64,000 bases of DNA from an uncultured Pseudomonadota bacterium (GTDB lineage: Bacteria; Pseudomonadota; Alphaproteobacteria; Rhizobiales; Hyphomicrobiaceae), in NCBI GenBank assembly GCA_963846845.1, contig CAWJXQ010000013.1, positions 98,338 through 162,337 of the forward strand, read 5' to 3'. Positions 32,036-41,580 of this stretch are shown piece by piece. The notes below the pieces were generated by a model, which was not told the origin of the DNA, made no database searches, and worked only from the letters and a program-made list of their open reading frames with translations. Both the position numbers and the translations under genes were made by a program. The stretch's first letter is position 1. Every line of letters starts with the position of its first letter.

Positions 32036-33835
32036 TTGAAAGAGAACTGGAAATTGCCGTCGTTGGCCCTCGCCGCGACACTTCTTGCTGCAAGTTCAGC
32101 TTACGCGCTCGAACGCGCTGCACCGGTTCAATTGGCTCAGGCTGGCCCTGACGACGAGAAGGGCGGCGGTGAGCCGCGCGGAAAAGGTGGCGATGACGGC
32201 GACGCAGCCGAACCTCGTGCCAAGGGTGGAGAAGGTGGTGGCGCCGAGCGTCCAGCTCGTCCGCAGCGCGGCGAGAAGTCCGACGACGCCGGTCCGCGCC
32301 CCGAGCGTCAAGAGCGGAAAGAACGTCCGGCTCGCGATCCGGATGCTGAGCCCGCGCCAAAGAAAGCGCCGGCCCCTGCGGCTGGTGAAGATGACGGCCC
32401 GCCTCAGAAAAAGGCGCGCCCTCCCAAAGACGATAACAGCGACGCGCCCGCTGAGAAAAAGCAGGCCCCGCCTGTCGAGAAGAAAGCTCCGCCACCGGTA
32501 GAAAAGAAGGCTGCCCCCGAGCCGAAGGACGAGCCGAAGCCGGAGCCGAAAGCTGCGCCGAAGGCCGAGCCGAAAGAGCCGCCTGCCCCGAAAGGCGCAG
32601 AACCGGCCGAAGAGCCCAAGAGCAAGATGAAGGCCCCGGACGCAAAGCCCGGCGCCGACGTCGACGGCAAGAAAGAACCTGTGCCCGGCGCGAAGAAAGA
32701 CGATGGCGTTCCGCCTGCCGCCAAGCAACCTGGCGCCGGCAAGGAAGCCGTGCCCGCAGACAAAGGCCCGGACGCTGGCCCGCCGAAGACGGGCGTTGAA
32801 GGCACCCCGCCCGACGGCAAGGCGCCGCCATCCATTGATGGCAAGGCCCCGCCAGCCTCGGACAGCAAGGCGCCCGCGGCCGCACCGGCAGGCGCTGCGC
32901 CGGCTGCCGCGCCGTCTGAAGTCAAGGACCTGAAGGAACTGAAGCAGGAGCGCAAGGAACGCACCGAAGACGGCGGCAAGCGCATCGTCATAGAGGAACC
33001 GGACAAGCGCGCCATCGTCAAGGAAGGTGGCAAGACGATCATCCGCCACGACGAGACGGAACGCTTCCGCCGCCTCGATCGCGGCAACACGCGCCGCGAA
33101 AAGCGCAACGGCCTCGATATCTCGATCAGCGTCCGCCCGGGCGGCATCGAGATCTTCACCGAGACCGACGATCGCGGCCGTTCGCTGCGCCGCTATCGCC
33201 GCGATCGCGAGGGCCGCGAAGTCATCCTGTTCGACAATCGCGACTACTACCGCCGCCACAACGACGATTCGTTCATCGATGCCATCGTCGATCTGCCGCC
33301 GCCACGCGTTTCCATCGCACGCGAGGACTACATCCTCGACTACGAGGAGGCGTCCGACGTCGAAATCTACGAAACCTTGTCGGCGCCGCCCGTCGAGGAA
33401 CTCGATCGCACCTACTCGATGGAAGAAGTCCGCCGTTCGCCGATGCTGCGCGATCGTATGCGCCGCGTCGACCTCGACGCCATCAACTTCGAGTTCGGTG
33501 CGTGGGAGGTCACGCAGGACCAGTATCCGGCCCTGCAGCGCGTGGCCGGCGCCATGAAGCGCGTCATCGATCGCAATCCCGATGAGATGTTCATGATCGA
33601 GGGCCACACCGATGCCGTGGGCTCCGACGAGGACAACCTCAGCCTGTCGGACAGGCGTGCGGAAAGCGTCGCGATCATTCTCACCGAGCAGTTCGGCGTC
33701 CCGGCGGAAAACCTCACCACGCAGGGCTATGGCGAGCAGTACCTGAAGGTGAACAGCGAACAGGCTGAGCGCCAGAACCGCCGCGTCGCGGTCCGCCGCA
33801 TCACGCCGCTACTGTCCCGCACCAGTGGCAGGTAA
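32036..33835 (+). CDS. OmpA-family protein with a ~300-aa Lys/Pro/Glu/Ala-rich linker
   Basis: TTG start with AAGGAGA RBS; signal peptide LPSLALAATLLAASSAYA. The C-terminus MIEGHTDAVGSDEDNLSLSDRRAESVAIIL...NRRVAVRRI is the OmpA_C motif. Confidence 0.8.
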   Translation: MKENWKLPSLALAATLLAASSAYALERAAPVQLAQAGPDDEKGGGEPRGKGGDDGDAAEPRAKGGEGGGAERPARPQRGEKSDDAGPRPERQERKERPARDPDAEPAPKKAPAPAAGEDDGPPQKKARPPKDDNSDAPAEKKQAPPVEKKAPPPVEKKAAPEPKDEPKPEPKAAPKAEPKEPPAPKGAEPAEEPKSKMKAPDAKPGADVDGKKEPVPGAKKDDGVPPAAKQPGAGKEAVPADKGPDAGPPKTGVEGTPPDGKAPPSIDGKAPPASDSKAPAAAPAGAAPAAAPSEVKDLKELKQERKERTEDGGKRIVIEEPDKRAIVKEGGKTIIRHDETERFRRLDRGNTRREKRNGLDISISVRPGGIEIFTETDDRGRSLRRYRRDREGREVILFDNRDYYRRHNDDSFIDAIVDLPPPRVSIAREDYILDYEEASDVEIYETLSAPPVEELDRTYSMEEVRRSPMLRDRMRRVDLDAINFEFGAWEVTQDQYPALQRVAGAMKRVIDRNPDEMFMIEGHTDAVGSDEDNLSLSDRRAESVAIILTEQFGVPAENLTTQGYGEQYLKVNSEQAERQNRRVAVRRITPLLSRTSGR

Positions 33836-33852
33836 CTCCGCCAACCGCTAAG

Positions 33853-33882
33853 GAGAGAAGCGGCCCGCAAGCCGCTTCTCTC
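33853..33882 (+). terminator. Strong hairpin downstream of the OmpA-like gene
   Basis: 12-bp perfect stem gagagaagcggc/gccgcttctctc with a 6-nt loop. The T-tract is poor (TCGGTCT). Confidence 0.5.
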
Positions 33883-33964
33883 TCGGTCTACCGATGACGC
33901 AAACCGCAATGCACGATTTCGCAATCGCTGCTTGATCAAGGTGGGCGAAACGCCTGCAATGGGT

Positions 33965-34093
33965 GTCATCCTCGGGCTTGTCCCGAGGCCCCATCTTGCA
34001 GCGGAGGGCAAAGCCATCTGGTTGCGACGGCGCGATCAACGCCGTCTCTTTAACAGCGGATGGTTGGATCCTCGGCACAAGTCCGAGGATGTC
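33965..34093. repeat. MITE-like element, copy B
   Basis: Arms gtcatcctcgggcttgtcccgaggcc (33965-33990) and ggatcctcggcacaagtccgaggatgtc (34066-34093). Same family, size and internal landmarks as copy A. Confidence 0.7.
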
Positions 34094-34162
34094 AAAGCGG
34101 GGAAGCTGCTCGCGTTTGCAATATGCCGTTGCTTGTTGATCCAGTCGCGCGGTTCTGACGAT

Positions 34163-35539
34163 TCAGAACGGATTCCAAGTCGGTTGCGGCGTGAAGCGCA
34201 AGTAGCCTAGGTTCGCGCCGAGCCGCAGCCCGACGCCGGAGCGGATAGGTGCCATGAACACCGGCCCGCCCTTCAGCAGTGTCAGGCCAACGCCGCCCAC
34301 CACGTAGGCGGAGCCGTCGATGCCGCTGAACGTGCGATACAGGTCTGCAGAGTCGCGCAGCTTGTAGATCAGGAACAACGTCCGCGACCCTTCCGCGCCG
34401 ACGTCATAGCCAACCGAGGGCCCGTGCCAGTAGATCTTCTGCGTCTGCGTCCCGCCCGATCGCCGGTACAGCGTGCCGTTGCCATAGCGAAGGCCAGCCA
34501 GGAATGCGCCGCCGCCCTCCTGCCCGAGAATGTAGGCCGTGGGCCGTCCCTGCTTGGAGAATGAATATTCGATCACCGAAGCCAGGTTCGTCGAGATCGT
34601 GCCGAAGAACCCGCGCGTCGCATCGCGGATTTCGTCCAGCGTATAGCCTTCGCTTGCGTCAGGCGTGAATTCTCCCGGCGGCGGCCCGTACGGCTGTCCG
34701 GCCCCGCCCGGGTCCATGTTCATCGCCTGCTCGCTGGACGTTTCCCAGTTCGACGGCGGTGTCTTCTGCGCGCGGCGATCCGCTTCCGCGCGTGCTTCGG
34801 CAGCCTCGCGCTCCGTCAGCGGCCGCACGGCGGGTGGCGCAGAGGCGCCGCCGCCGCGTTCGGGCTCGCGCTCGCGCTGCGCTTTGCCCGGTTCCCGCTT
34901 AACCTCGGCCACCTTGGGATCGGCCGGCTTTGAAATCACCTTCACGTCGGCCAGCTTGTTGTCGCCTGGCTTGCCGTCTGCTGGCTTTGCCGCCTCAGCC
35001 TTTGGCGCTTCGGCCTTCGGAGCCTCAGCCTTCGGCGTTTCGGCTTTTGGCGCAACGGGCGGTGCCGCCGCCGCCACCGGCTTCGGCGCTCCGCCGCCGG
35101 CCTGGATTTCCAGCTCGATCTTTTCCAGCGTGTAGCTGGACTTCGCCTTCATCACGGCGAGCAGTTCGACGCCGGCGGCCTTGAGTTCCGACAGCTTCCC
35201 GCAGTCGGCGGGTTTGCCTTCCTCGACACGGCCAAGCGCGTCGATCTTGGTCAGCAACTCGTTGGACTGCGCATCGAGTTCGCCGATGCGGCCGTCCTGC
35301 AGGTATTCCAGCGCCTTGTCTTCGGAGTCGGTTTTCTTCCAACCCTTTTTGGCGCGCAACGCCTCCAGCTTTGCGTTCAGCTTCGGCTGGTTTTCCAGGT
35401 TGAACTTGCGCAACGAGGCGCCCGCCTGGTCGACGGCGCCAGCGAAGTCTTCCTTTTTACAGGTTTGGGCCAGCGCGCCAGGCGCCGTCAGTAGCAGCGC
35501 CGACAGCGCCAAAATCATACGTCGCAACGGATACATCAT
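34163..35539 (-). CDS. DUF1134 (EipA-like) domain protein, long form with a coiled/low-complexity N-terminal half
   Basis: Signal peptide MILALSALLLTAPGALA. The C-terminal ~190 aa (GRPTAYILGQEGGGAFLAGLRYGNG...GANLGYLRFTPQPTWNPF) matches my recollection of DUF1134. The middle contains (PKAEA)n repeats. Confidence 0.6.
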   Translation of the reverse strand: MMYPLRRMILALSALLLTAPGALAQTCKKEDFAGAVDQAGASLRKFNLENQPKLNAKLEALRAKKGWKKTDSEDKALEYLQDGRIGELDAQSNELLTKIDALGRVEEGKPADCGKLSELKAAGVELLAVMKAKSSYTLEKIELEIQAGGGAPKPVAAAAPPVAPKAETPKAEAPKAEAPKAEAAKPADGKPGDNKLADVKVISKPADPKVAEVKREPGKAQREREPERGGGASAPPAVRPLTEREAAEARAEADRRAQKTPPSNWETSSEQAMNMDPGGAGQPYGPPPGEFTPDASEGYTLDEIRDATRGFFGTISTNLASVIEYSFSKQGRPTAYILGQEGGGAFLAGLRYGNGTLYRRSGGTQTQKIYWHGPSVGYDVGAEGSRTLFLIYKLRDSADLYRTFSGIDGSAYVVGGVGLTLLKGGPVFMAPIRSGVGLRLGANLGYLRFTPQPTWNPF

Positions 35540-35622
35540 TTCAGCTCTCGGACCAGCGGGCGGGACGAATTACAAAAATTCGCCTTCCGCCAGCGGGTTA
35601 GTTGCAGGAACTTTAGACAATA

Positions 35623-36627
35623 CTATGGCTCGTTAGGCACCGTGCGGACTATGCTGGAAGTCGGCTTCTCGTTTCCCGCCGTCGGCAAGCCCTTCACGTC
35701 TTTTTCGATCATCGCGTCGTATTCCGGCAGCGTGCTTGCCGGCGCCTTTGATTTCAAGTGGACGACCTTGTAGCCGCCATCCTTCAGCGCCTTCAACAGC
35801 ATGGGAAGGGCGGTCGCCGTTCGCGGCTGAATGTCGTGCATCAGGATGATGCCCTTGCCCTTGACCTCCAGCTTGGCCATCACCGTCTTCACGATCTGGT
35901 CCGGCTTGTTCTTGAAGTCGAACGAGTCCGCGTCCATCGAGAACATCGCGATGTTCCGCTGCGACAGGTGCTCCACCATTTCCTTGGAATCTCTCAGGTA
36001 GGGGAAGCGGAAAAACGCAGCAACGTTGCCGCCGAGCGCCCGGTGCACGCCGCTCAGCCCCTTCTCAAACTCCTCGATTGCCAGCTTGGGATCCTTTTTG
36101 CTCAGCTTGCCCAGGTCGGCGTGCGACCACGTATGCGAGCCGACGGTGTGCCCGCGGGCCGCCACGTCGCGCAGAATCTCCGGCATCCCGAGGGCCATCT
36201 TGCCGATCGAGAAGAAGGTCGCCTTCGTGCACTGCTCCGCCAGCGCGTCGAGAACGGCCTTCGTCGTGCGCACCTGTGGGCCGTCGTCGAACGTCAGCAC
36301 CACTTCCTTGGGCTGCAGGAAATCGTGCACCTTGTACTGCTCCAGCCCGAAGCCGGGGCCACCCGTGGTGTCGATCTCCAGTGTCTTCACCACCCCGATC
36401 GCGTCGGGGTTGGCGCAGTGCGCAGCGGCCGGTGCCGGCGCTGCTGCGGGCGCCGGTGCCTTGTTGGCCGCAGCCGCTGCCGCCGGCGCGCCAGCCGCCG
36501 GCGCGCCAGCCGTCTGCGCAACTGCGTTCGTCGCGCCTGCAAGGGCCAACGCCAATCCGATGAAACCCGCCGATACCACCCGCACGGTGTCCTCCCTGAA
36601 ATTCTTTTCGTTACGCCTGAAATCCAA
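35623..36627 (-). CDS. Polysaccharide deacetylase (NodB homology) family protein
   Basis: Motifs VVLTFDDGP and GHTVGSHTWSHADL. N-terminal TM/signal segment and an Ala/Pro linker. Confidence 0.85.
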   Translation of the reverse strand: MDFRRNEKNFREDTVRVVSAGFIGLALALAGATNAVAQTAGAPAAGAPAAAAAANKAPAPAAAPAPAAAHCANPDAIGVVKTLEIDTTGGPGFGLEQYKVHDFLQPKEVVLTFDDGPQVRTTKAVLDALAEQCTKATFFSIGKMALGMPEILRDVAARGHTVGSHTWSHADLGKLSKKDPKLAIEEFEKGLSGVHRALGGNVAAFFRFPYLRDSKEMVEHLSQRNIAMFSMDADSFDFKNKPDQIVKTVMAKLEVKGKGIILMHDIQPRTATALPMLLKALKDGGYKVVHLKSKAPASTLPEYDAMIEKDVKGLPTAGNEKPTSSIVRTVPNEP

Positions 36628-36761
36628 ATCGGAACCAGTCTGCTAAGACTTGCCCCCGCGACGCAAGACAGCGCAATCATTTGGCCGGGGACGCGGCGGA
36701 TTGAGGGCCGTTGCAGCGTTTCTGGAAACAGATGTGACGTGCGCTTCTGCGAAGCACAAGT

Positions 36762-37157
36762 CTAGCCCGGCGCACCGACTTTGCTCATGAATCGCTCCCG
36801 GTCGACGACGGCACGCGTGTGTTTCCCGCGGCCGATCAGCTTGTGGCCTTCGTGAGCCGTAACGGCAAAGCTCAACAGCCGCCCCTCGATCGCCGTCAGT
36901 TCCGCGCGCGCCGTCACGCTGGCTCCGAGCGCAGTCGCGGCCACGTGCTCGACGTTGATCAGCGTTCCAAGTGAGATGGCCCCGCCCGGCAGCCCCGGTT
37001 CCACGCACTGCGCGGCCGCCTGTTCCATGACGGCGATCATGGCGGGTGTCGCGAACACCGGCACGCTGCCGCTTCCCAACGCCAGCGCCGTCCGGCTTTC
37101 ATCGACGACGACGCCCGCGTCTCCCGCCATGCCAATGCGCAAACTGCTCAGATCCAT
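36762..37157 (-). CDS. Hotdog-fold thioesterase (FlK-like) family protein
   Basis: 131 aa: VPVFATPAMIAVMEQAAAQCV...GTLINVEHVAATALGASVTARAELTAIEGRLLSFAV. The start was set at MDLSSL. Confidence 0.6.
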   Translation of the reverse strand: MDLSSLRIGMAGDAGVVVDESRTALALGSGSVPVFATPAMIAVMEQAAAQCVEPGLPGGAISLGTLINVEHVAATALGASVTARAELTAIEGRLLSFAVTAHEGHKLIGRGKHTRAVVDRERFMSKVGAPG

Positions 37158-37293
37158 GAGTTTTCCGTTCCAACCGGCACGCCTTCGCCGCTCATTGCAG
37201 ATGCTGCATCCGTGTTCCGCGCGGAACTGAGGCCCGGCGCCCCTTCGCCTACAGTGATGCCACGCTCGCAATTCCAAAGGTCTGGAGGATCAC

Positions 37294-37566
37294 ATGTTCA
37301 GCAAGATCGCACTGATGCTAGCCGTAACCGCAGCCGCCGGCACCACCGTAATGATCGGCGCGAGCAACGCGGAAGCCCGCGGCGGCGGCAAAGAACACTT
37401 TGTGCAGGATTATCACTTCAAGAAGCCGATGCATGGCTATTCGGGCCGCGCCGGCGACTACTACTGCGACTACATCCGCTTGCCCGAACGCCGCTGCACG
37501 GTCACGGCTAGCGGACAGGAGCGCTGCAAGGTCGTCGGCTGGACGCTGCGCCAGACCTGTTACTGA
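37294..37566 (+). CDS. Small secreted protein with four Cys
   Basis: GGAGGA RBS, signal peptide IALMLAVTAAAGTTVMIGASNAEA, terminator downstream. Confidence 0.6.
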   Translation: MFSKIALMLAVTAAAGTTVMIGASNAEARGGGKEHFVQDYHFKKPMHGYSGRAGDYYCDYIRLPERRCTVTASGQERCKVVGWTLRQTCY

Positions 37567-37588
37567 GTTAGAATATCGAGGAATTTGA

Positions 37589-37625
37589 GCTGGCCGGACT
37601 TGCGTCCGGCCAATTGCTTTTGAGA
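37589..37625 (+). terminator. Rho-independent terminator
   Basis: Stem tggccggac/gtccggcca with a tetraloop, followed by ATTGCTTTTG. Confidence 0.65.
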
Positions 37626-38171
37626 AGGTCCGGGAGCCCCGCGCAGCCGCGTCGGGGAGGGGTGTGGCGGAAGCGGCCAAGCAGGTCTCCCGGTAGTGGC
37701 TCCGCCAGCCGTCTATCCAAGGATAGACCGAAGGCGGAGCCGGTTACGAGCGACAGAGAAGCGGGGGACTCCGTCGCTCGCTTAGAACGAGACCAGCGTG
37801 CGGTCCCGCTCAACCCTTCACAGCACGACTGGTCGAGCAGGCGATCCATGAGACCGCATGTTCCGTTGCGCTGGATGGACGGCGCCCGCAACAATTCCGC
37901 GGCGCCGTCTCAAATATTGTGGAAGTGAAGCTCCCCCCGATCCGTTTCCCTCAGATCGGTAAGCCCCCATTGGGCCGTCCGACTGCGTGCGAAACAAGGA
38001 AGTCGTGAGGCCATATTGTGACGATTGCGTTTTACACCGGACGTTCCCGGACAAAACCCCGCACAAGCCCTATGCTCGAAACTAGTAAAACGGGGCATTT
38101 TTATTGTCCTTCTAACTCTGATGTGTAGTTACGTACGTGTTTGTCCGGTCACTCGTCTCAGGAGTATCTGC

Positions 38172-38891
38172 ATGTCAGAAGGTGCCAAAGTCGTCCACGC
38201 GCAATGTCACGTTCTGCGCGTCATCGACCACCCTTGGCCGTTTGCGATTGAAGCCTCCGGCCAGATCGCCGCGCATTGGCAGCAGCGCATCGAACAGAAC
38301 CCGTCGTTTTTCAACGGGCAGATACATCTCCTGCGGCGCTGGGATCTTTCGGACGGGCGCTTTACCGGCGAGCTGCTGAAAACGGATTTCGCCAGCTTCC
38401 TGTATTGGCGCGAACACGATTACCCCGACCGCTCCGTCCGCGACTGCTTCGGCTCGGCGCTGCTGCGTTCGTCCGACGGCCGGATCATTTTGGGGCGGCA
38501 GTCTCCCGGGCACATCAACGCCGGCCTGACGTACTTGCCGGGCGGCTTCATCGATCAACGCGATGTCGCAAGCGACGGCACCGTCGACGTAGCTGCCTCC
38601 GTGGCGCGCGAGATCGCAGAAGAGCTGGGTTATGCGGACGGCACGTTTGCGGCCGAACCAGGCGCATTTCTCACCTTCGACGGCCAGCTGCTGTCGATAG
38701 CCATCGAGTATACCTCGACGCAGAGTGCGGCGGCGCTCTTGGAGAGCGCTCGCAAGTTCATCGCATCCGAGAAGGACCCGGAATTGGAGGCGGTCATCGC
38801 CGTCGCCGCCCGCGCCGACTACGCGCATCTCGCGATGCCCGGTTTTACGAAAGCCTTGTTGGACGCGGTGCTCGGTTCAGCGCCTGCATAA
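38172..38891 (+). CDS. NUDIX hydrolase family protein
   Basis: Nudix box GGFIDQRDVASDGTVDVAASVAREIAEELGY. The ATG at 38172 has an AGGAG RBS. Confidence 0.7.
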   Translation: MSEGAKVVHAQCHVLRVIDHPWPFAIEASGQIAAHWQQRIEQNPSFFNGQIHLLRRWDLSDGRFTGELLKTDFASFLYWREHDYPDRSVRDCFGSALLRSSDGRIILGRQSPGHINAGLTYLPGGFIDQRDVASDGTVDVAASVAREIAEELGYADGTFAAEPGAFLTFDGQLLSIAIEYTSTQSAAALLESARKFIASEKDPELEAVIAVAARADYAHLAMPGFTKALLDAVLGSAPA

Positions 38892-39037
38892 GCAGAGGGC
38901 TGCAACCGGCCGCGCGGCTCGCAACGAACTTCGCGCTCCAACACCAAAAAGGTACAGCCCCACCGACATATCCGCTTGGTTGCATCATCGCTTTGCGGCA
39001 GAGTGCGCCCGCTTTCGGCCGGGATAACGGGAACCCC

Positions 39038-39943
39038 ATGCAACTCACCTACTACACCCTCGACGTGTTCACGGAACGCCGCTTGGCGGGCAACCCGCTG
39101 GCCGTCGTCACGGACGGCGCCGCTGGTCTCGATACTGCCGCCATGCAGGCCATTGCCCGCGAGTTCAACCTGTCCGAGACGGTGTTCGTCTTGCCATCGG
39201 AGAAGCCGGCGCATTCCGCCAAGGTTCGCATTTTCACCCCCGCGCGCGAGTTGCCGTTCGCGGGCCACCCGACCATCGGCACGGCCGTCCTGCTGGCCGA
39301 ACTGCGCGAGGGGACCACCTCCGATGAAGCACTGATCGTGCTGGAGCAGTCCATCGGCACGGTCCGCGTCGGCGTTCGCCTGCGCAACGGCGCCCCGTAT
39401 GCTGAATTCGATGCACCGAAGCTACCCGTGGAAGCCGGCCTCTTGCCGCCGGCCGACAGGCTGGCAGCGGGCCTCGGGCTGCTGCCCAGCGAGATCGGTT
39501 TTGAGAATCACAAGCCCAGCTGCTTTGCCGCCGGCAATGCCTTCGCGTTCGTTCCGGTATCATCGCTGGACGCGATCGCGCGCGCCCGCCCGCAGTTTCC
39601 GCACTGGAACGCGGCCTTTGAGGAACAGGGCCTCGTCGGCGCCTTCCTCTATACGCGCCAGTGCGCGCACACCACGTCGTCGTTCCACGCCCGCATGTTC
39701 GCCCCCGCCAGCGGCATTCACGAAGATCCCGCAACCGGCTCGGCCGCCGTCTGCTTTGCCGGCGTCGTCAAGCACTTCGACACGTTGCCCGATGGCTCGC
39801 ACCGCCGCGTGATCGAGCAGGGCTACGAGATGGGCCGCCCCAGCGAACTCTCGCTGACGATGGAGGTCGATCAGGGCAAGCTCGGCAACGTCCGCATCGG
39901 CGGTCACGCCGTGCGCGTTTCCAACGGCCAGCTCACAATCTGA
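39038..39943 (+). CDS. PhzF-family isomerase
   Basis: MQLTYYTLDVFTERRLAGNPLAVV...FNLSETVFVLP...RIFTPARELPFAGHPTIGTA...MFAPASGIHEDPATGSA. Confidence 0.85.
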   Translation: MQLTYYTLDVFTERRLAGNPLAVVTDGAAGLDTAAMQAIAREFNLSETVFVLPSEKPAHSAKVRIFTPARELPFAGHPTIGTAVLLAELREGTTSDEALIVLEQSIGTVRVGVRLRNGAPYAEFDAPKLPVEAGLLPPADRLAAGLGLLPSEIGFENHKPSCFAAGNAFAFVPVSSLDAIARARPQFPHWNAAFEEQGLVGAFLYTRQCAHTTSSFHARMFAPASGIHEDPATGSAAVCFAGVVKHFDTLPDGSHRRVIEQGYEMGRPSELSLTMEVDQGKLGNVRIGGHAVRVSNGQLTI

Positions 39944-39958
39944 CTACGCGCCTGCGCA

Positions 39959-41580
39959 TCAGGCCGCGGCAGCGAAGGTCCCTGCCTGCGCCATCGCCCA
40001 CGCATCGCGGAAGCGCGGGTCGGCGGTTCCCGTCAGCAGCACGCCCTCGTCCAGCGGCGGATAAAGCTCCGCGAACGACACCACCTCGCGCGCCGAGATG
40101 CGCCGCGAAAAATGCTCCAGCCTGAACTGCAGCGGGTGGTCCAGCCCTGCGGCCGCCACCAGTTCGGCCAGCGACATCAGCGTGGCGCGATGGAAATTGC
40201 GCACGCGTTCCGCCTTGTCGGGCACCACGATGGCCCGTTGCCGCATGGCATCTTGCGTCGCCACGCCGGTGGGACAGCGATCCGTGTGACAGCTCTGCGA
40301 CTGGATGCAGCCGACAGCGAACATGAAGGCTCGCGCCGAATTGCACCAGTCGGCTCCGAGCGCCATTGCCCGCGCCATGTCGAACGCCGTCACGATTTGC
40401 CCGCTGGCGCCGATGCTGACGCGATCGCGCAGGCCGATGCCGATCAGCGCGTTATGCACGAAGTTGAGGCCCTCGCGCAGCGGCATGCCCATGTGGTCGG
40501 CGAACTCCAGCGGCGCAGCGCCCGTGCCGCCTTCCTTGCCGTCCACCACGATGAAGTCCGGGCGTGATGCCGGTCTCGATCATGGCCTTGCAGATGCCGA
40601 GAAATTCCCAAGGATGGCCGACGCACAGTTTGAACCCGATCGGCTTGCCGCCGGACAGCTCGCGCAGTCGCGCGACGAATTCCATCAGCTCGCGCGGCGT
40701 GCTGAAAGCCGAATGCGTGGCCGGCGAAATGCAGTCGACGCCTTCGGTGACGCCGCGCGTCTGCGGCGATCTCGGCGCTGACCTTGGCCCCCGGCAGCAC
40801 GCCGCCGTGCCCCGGCTTGGCGCCCTGGCTCAGCTTGATCTCGATCATGCGGATCTGCTCGAGCTTGGCCGTGGCCGCAAAGCGCTCAGGCGAGAACGCG
40901 CCCTTGCCGTCGCGGCAGCCGAAGTAGCCCGAGCCGATTTCCCAGATCAGGTCGCCGCCGAATTCGCGATGATAGCGGCTGACGCCGCCTTCTCCCGTGT
41001 CGTGGGCAAAGCCGCCGGCCGCCGCACCCTTGTTCATGGCGCGAATGGCATTGGCGCTGATCGCGCCGAAGCTCATGGCCGAAATGTTGTAGACCGACGC
41101 CGAATAGGGCTGCTTGCACTGCGTGCCGCCCACCTGCACGCGAAACGATTTGCGCGACACCGGCCGCGGCGCCATGGAGTGGCGCATCCACTCGTAGCCT
41201 TCGCTGTAGACGTTGTACTGCGTGCCGAACGGAATCTTGTCGAGCGCCATCTTCGCGCGCTGATAGACGACAGACCGGCGGTCCCGGCTGAAGGGTGCGC
41301 CGTCTTTCTCGCCTTCGAAAAAGTACTGGCGGATCTCCGGCCGCACCTCTTCGAACAGAAAGCGCATGTGCGCCACGATCGGATAGTTCCGCAGAATGGA
41401 GTGCCGTGTCTGCAGCATGTCGCGCACGCCAAGTGCCACGAGGCCCAGCGACAGCGCCAGCATCACGAAATTCGTATCGCTCGGCGTCCGCCAGGCCAGC
41501 ACCGCAAAGAGCACGGCGCAGAAGACCGACAACGTGAAGACGGCAAAACGCGGCTGCAACGCAAGCTGGAGATAGGTCAT
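39959..41580 (-). pseudogene. FMN-binding glutamate synthase family protein, membrane-anchored (two frame shifts, ~40761 and ~40560)
   Basis: The segments ...IKLSQGAKPGHGGVLPGAKVSAEIAA | TRGVTEGVDCISPATHSAFSTPRELMEFVARLRELSGGKPIGFKLCVGHPWEFLGICKAMIETGITP | DFIVVDGKEGGTGAAPLEFADHMGMP... lie in three frames. Both junctions look like 1-nt insertions. Confidence 0.8.

Noticed and set aside
34990-35055. 15-nt tandem repeats (gcctcagccttcggc-like)
   Set aside because: They lie in frame inside the DUF1134-like gene and encode (PKAEA)n low-complexity linker. This is a coding repeat, not an independent element.
37620-37970. Partial resemblances to RNase P (gaaGGTCCGGGAGCC, gACAGAGAAGC, GGATGGACGGCGCCCGCAACAA), to the cobalamin riboswitch B12 box (minus-strand CCACTACCGGGAGACCTGC), and to a tmRNA tag ORF (ARNNSAAPSQILWK)
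   Set aside because: The invariant RNase P P4 strands (GGAAAGTCCGGGC / ACAGAACCCGGCTTA) are absent and the candidate strands are not complementary. No GCCACTG / CCCGCAACTGT cobalamin core is present, and no suitably placed downstream gene exists on the minus strand. The putative tag lacks the hydrophobic ..LAA/VAA end, and there is no tRNA-like T-arm. The region is kept only as an unassigned structured region.
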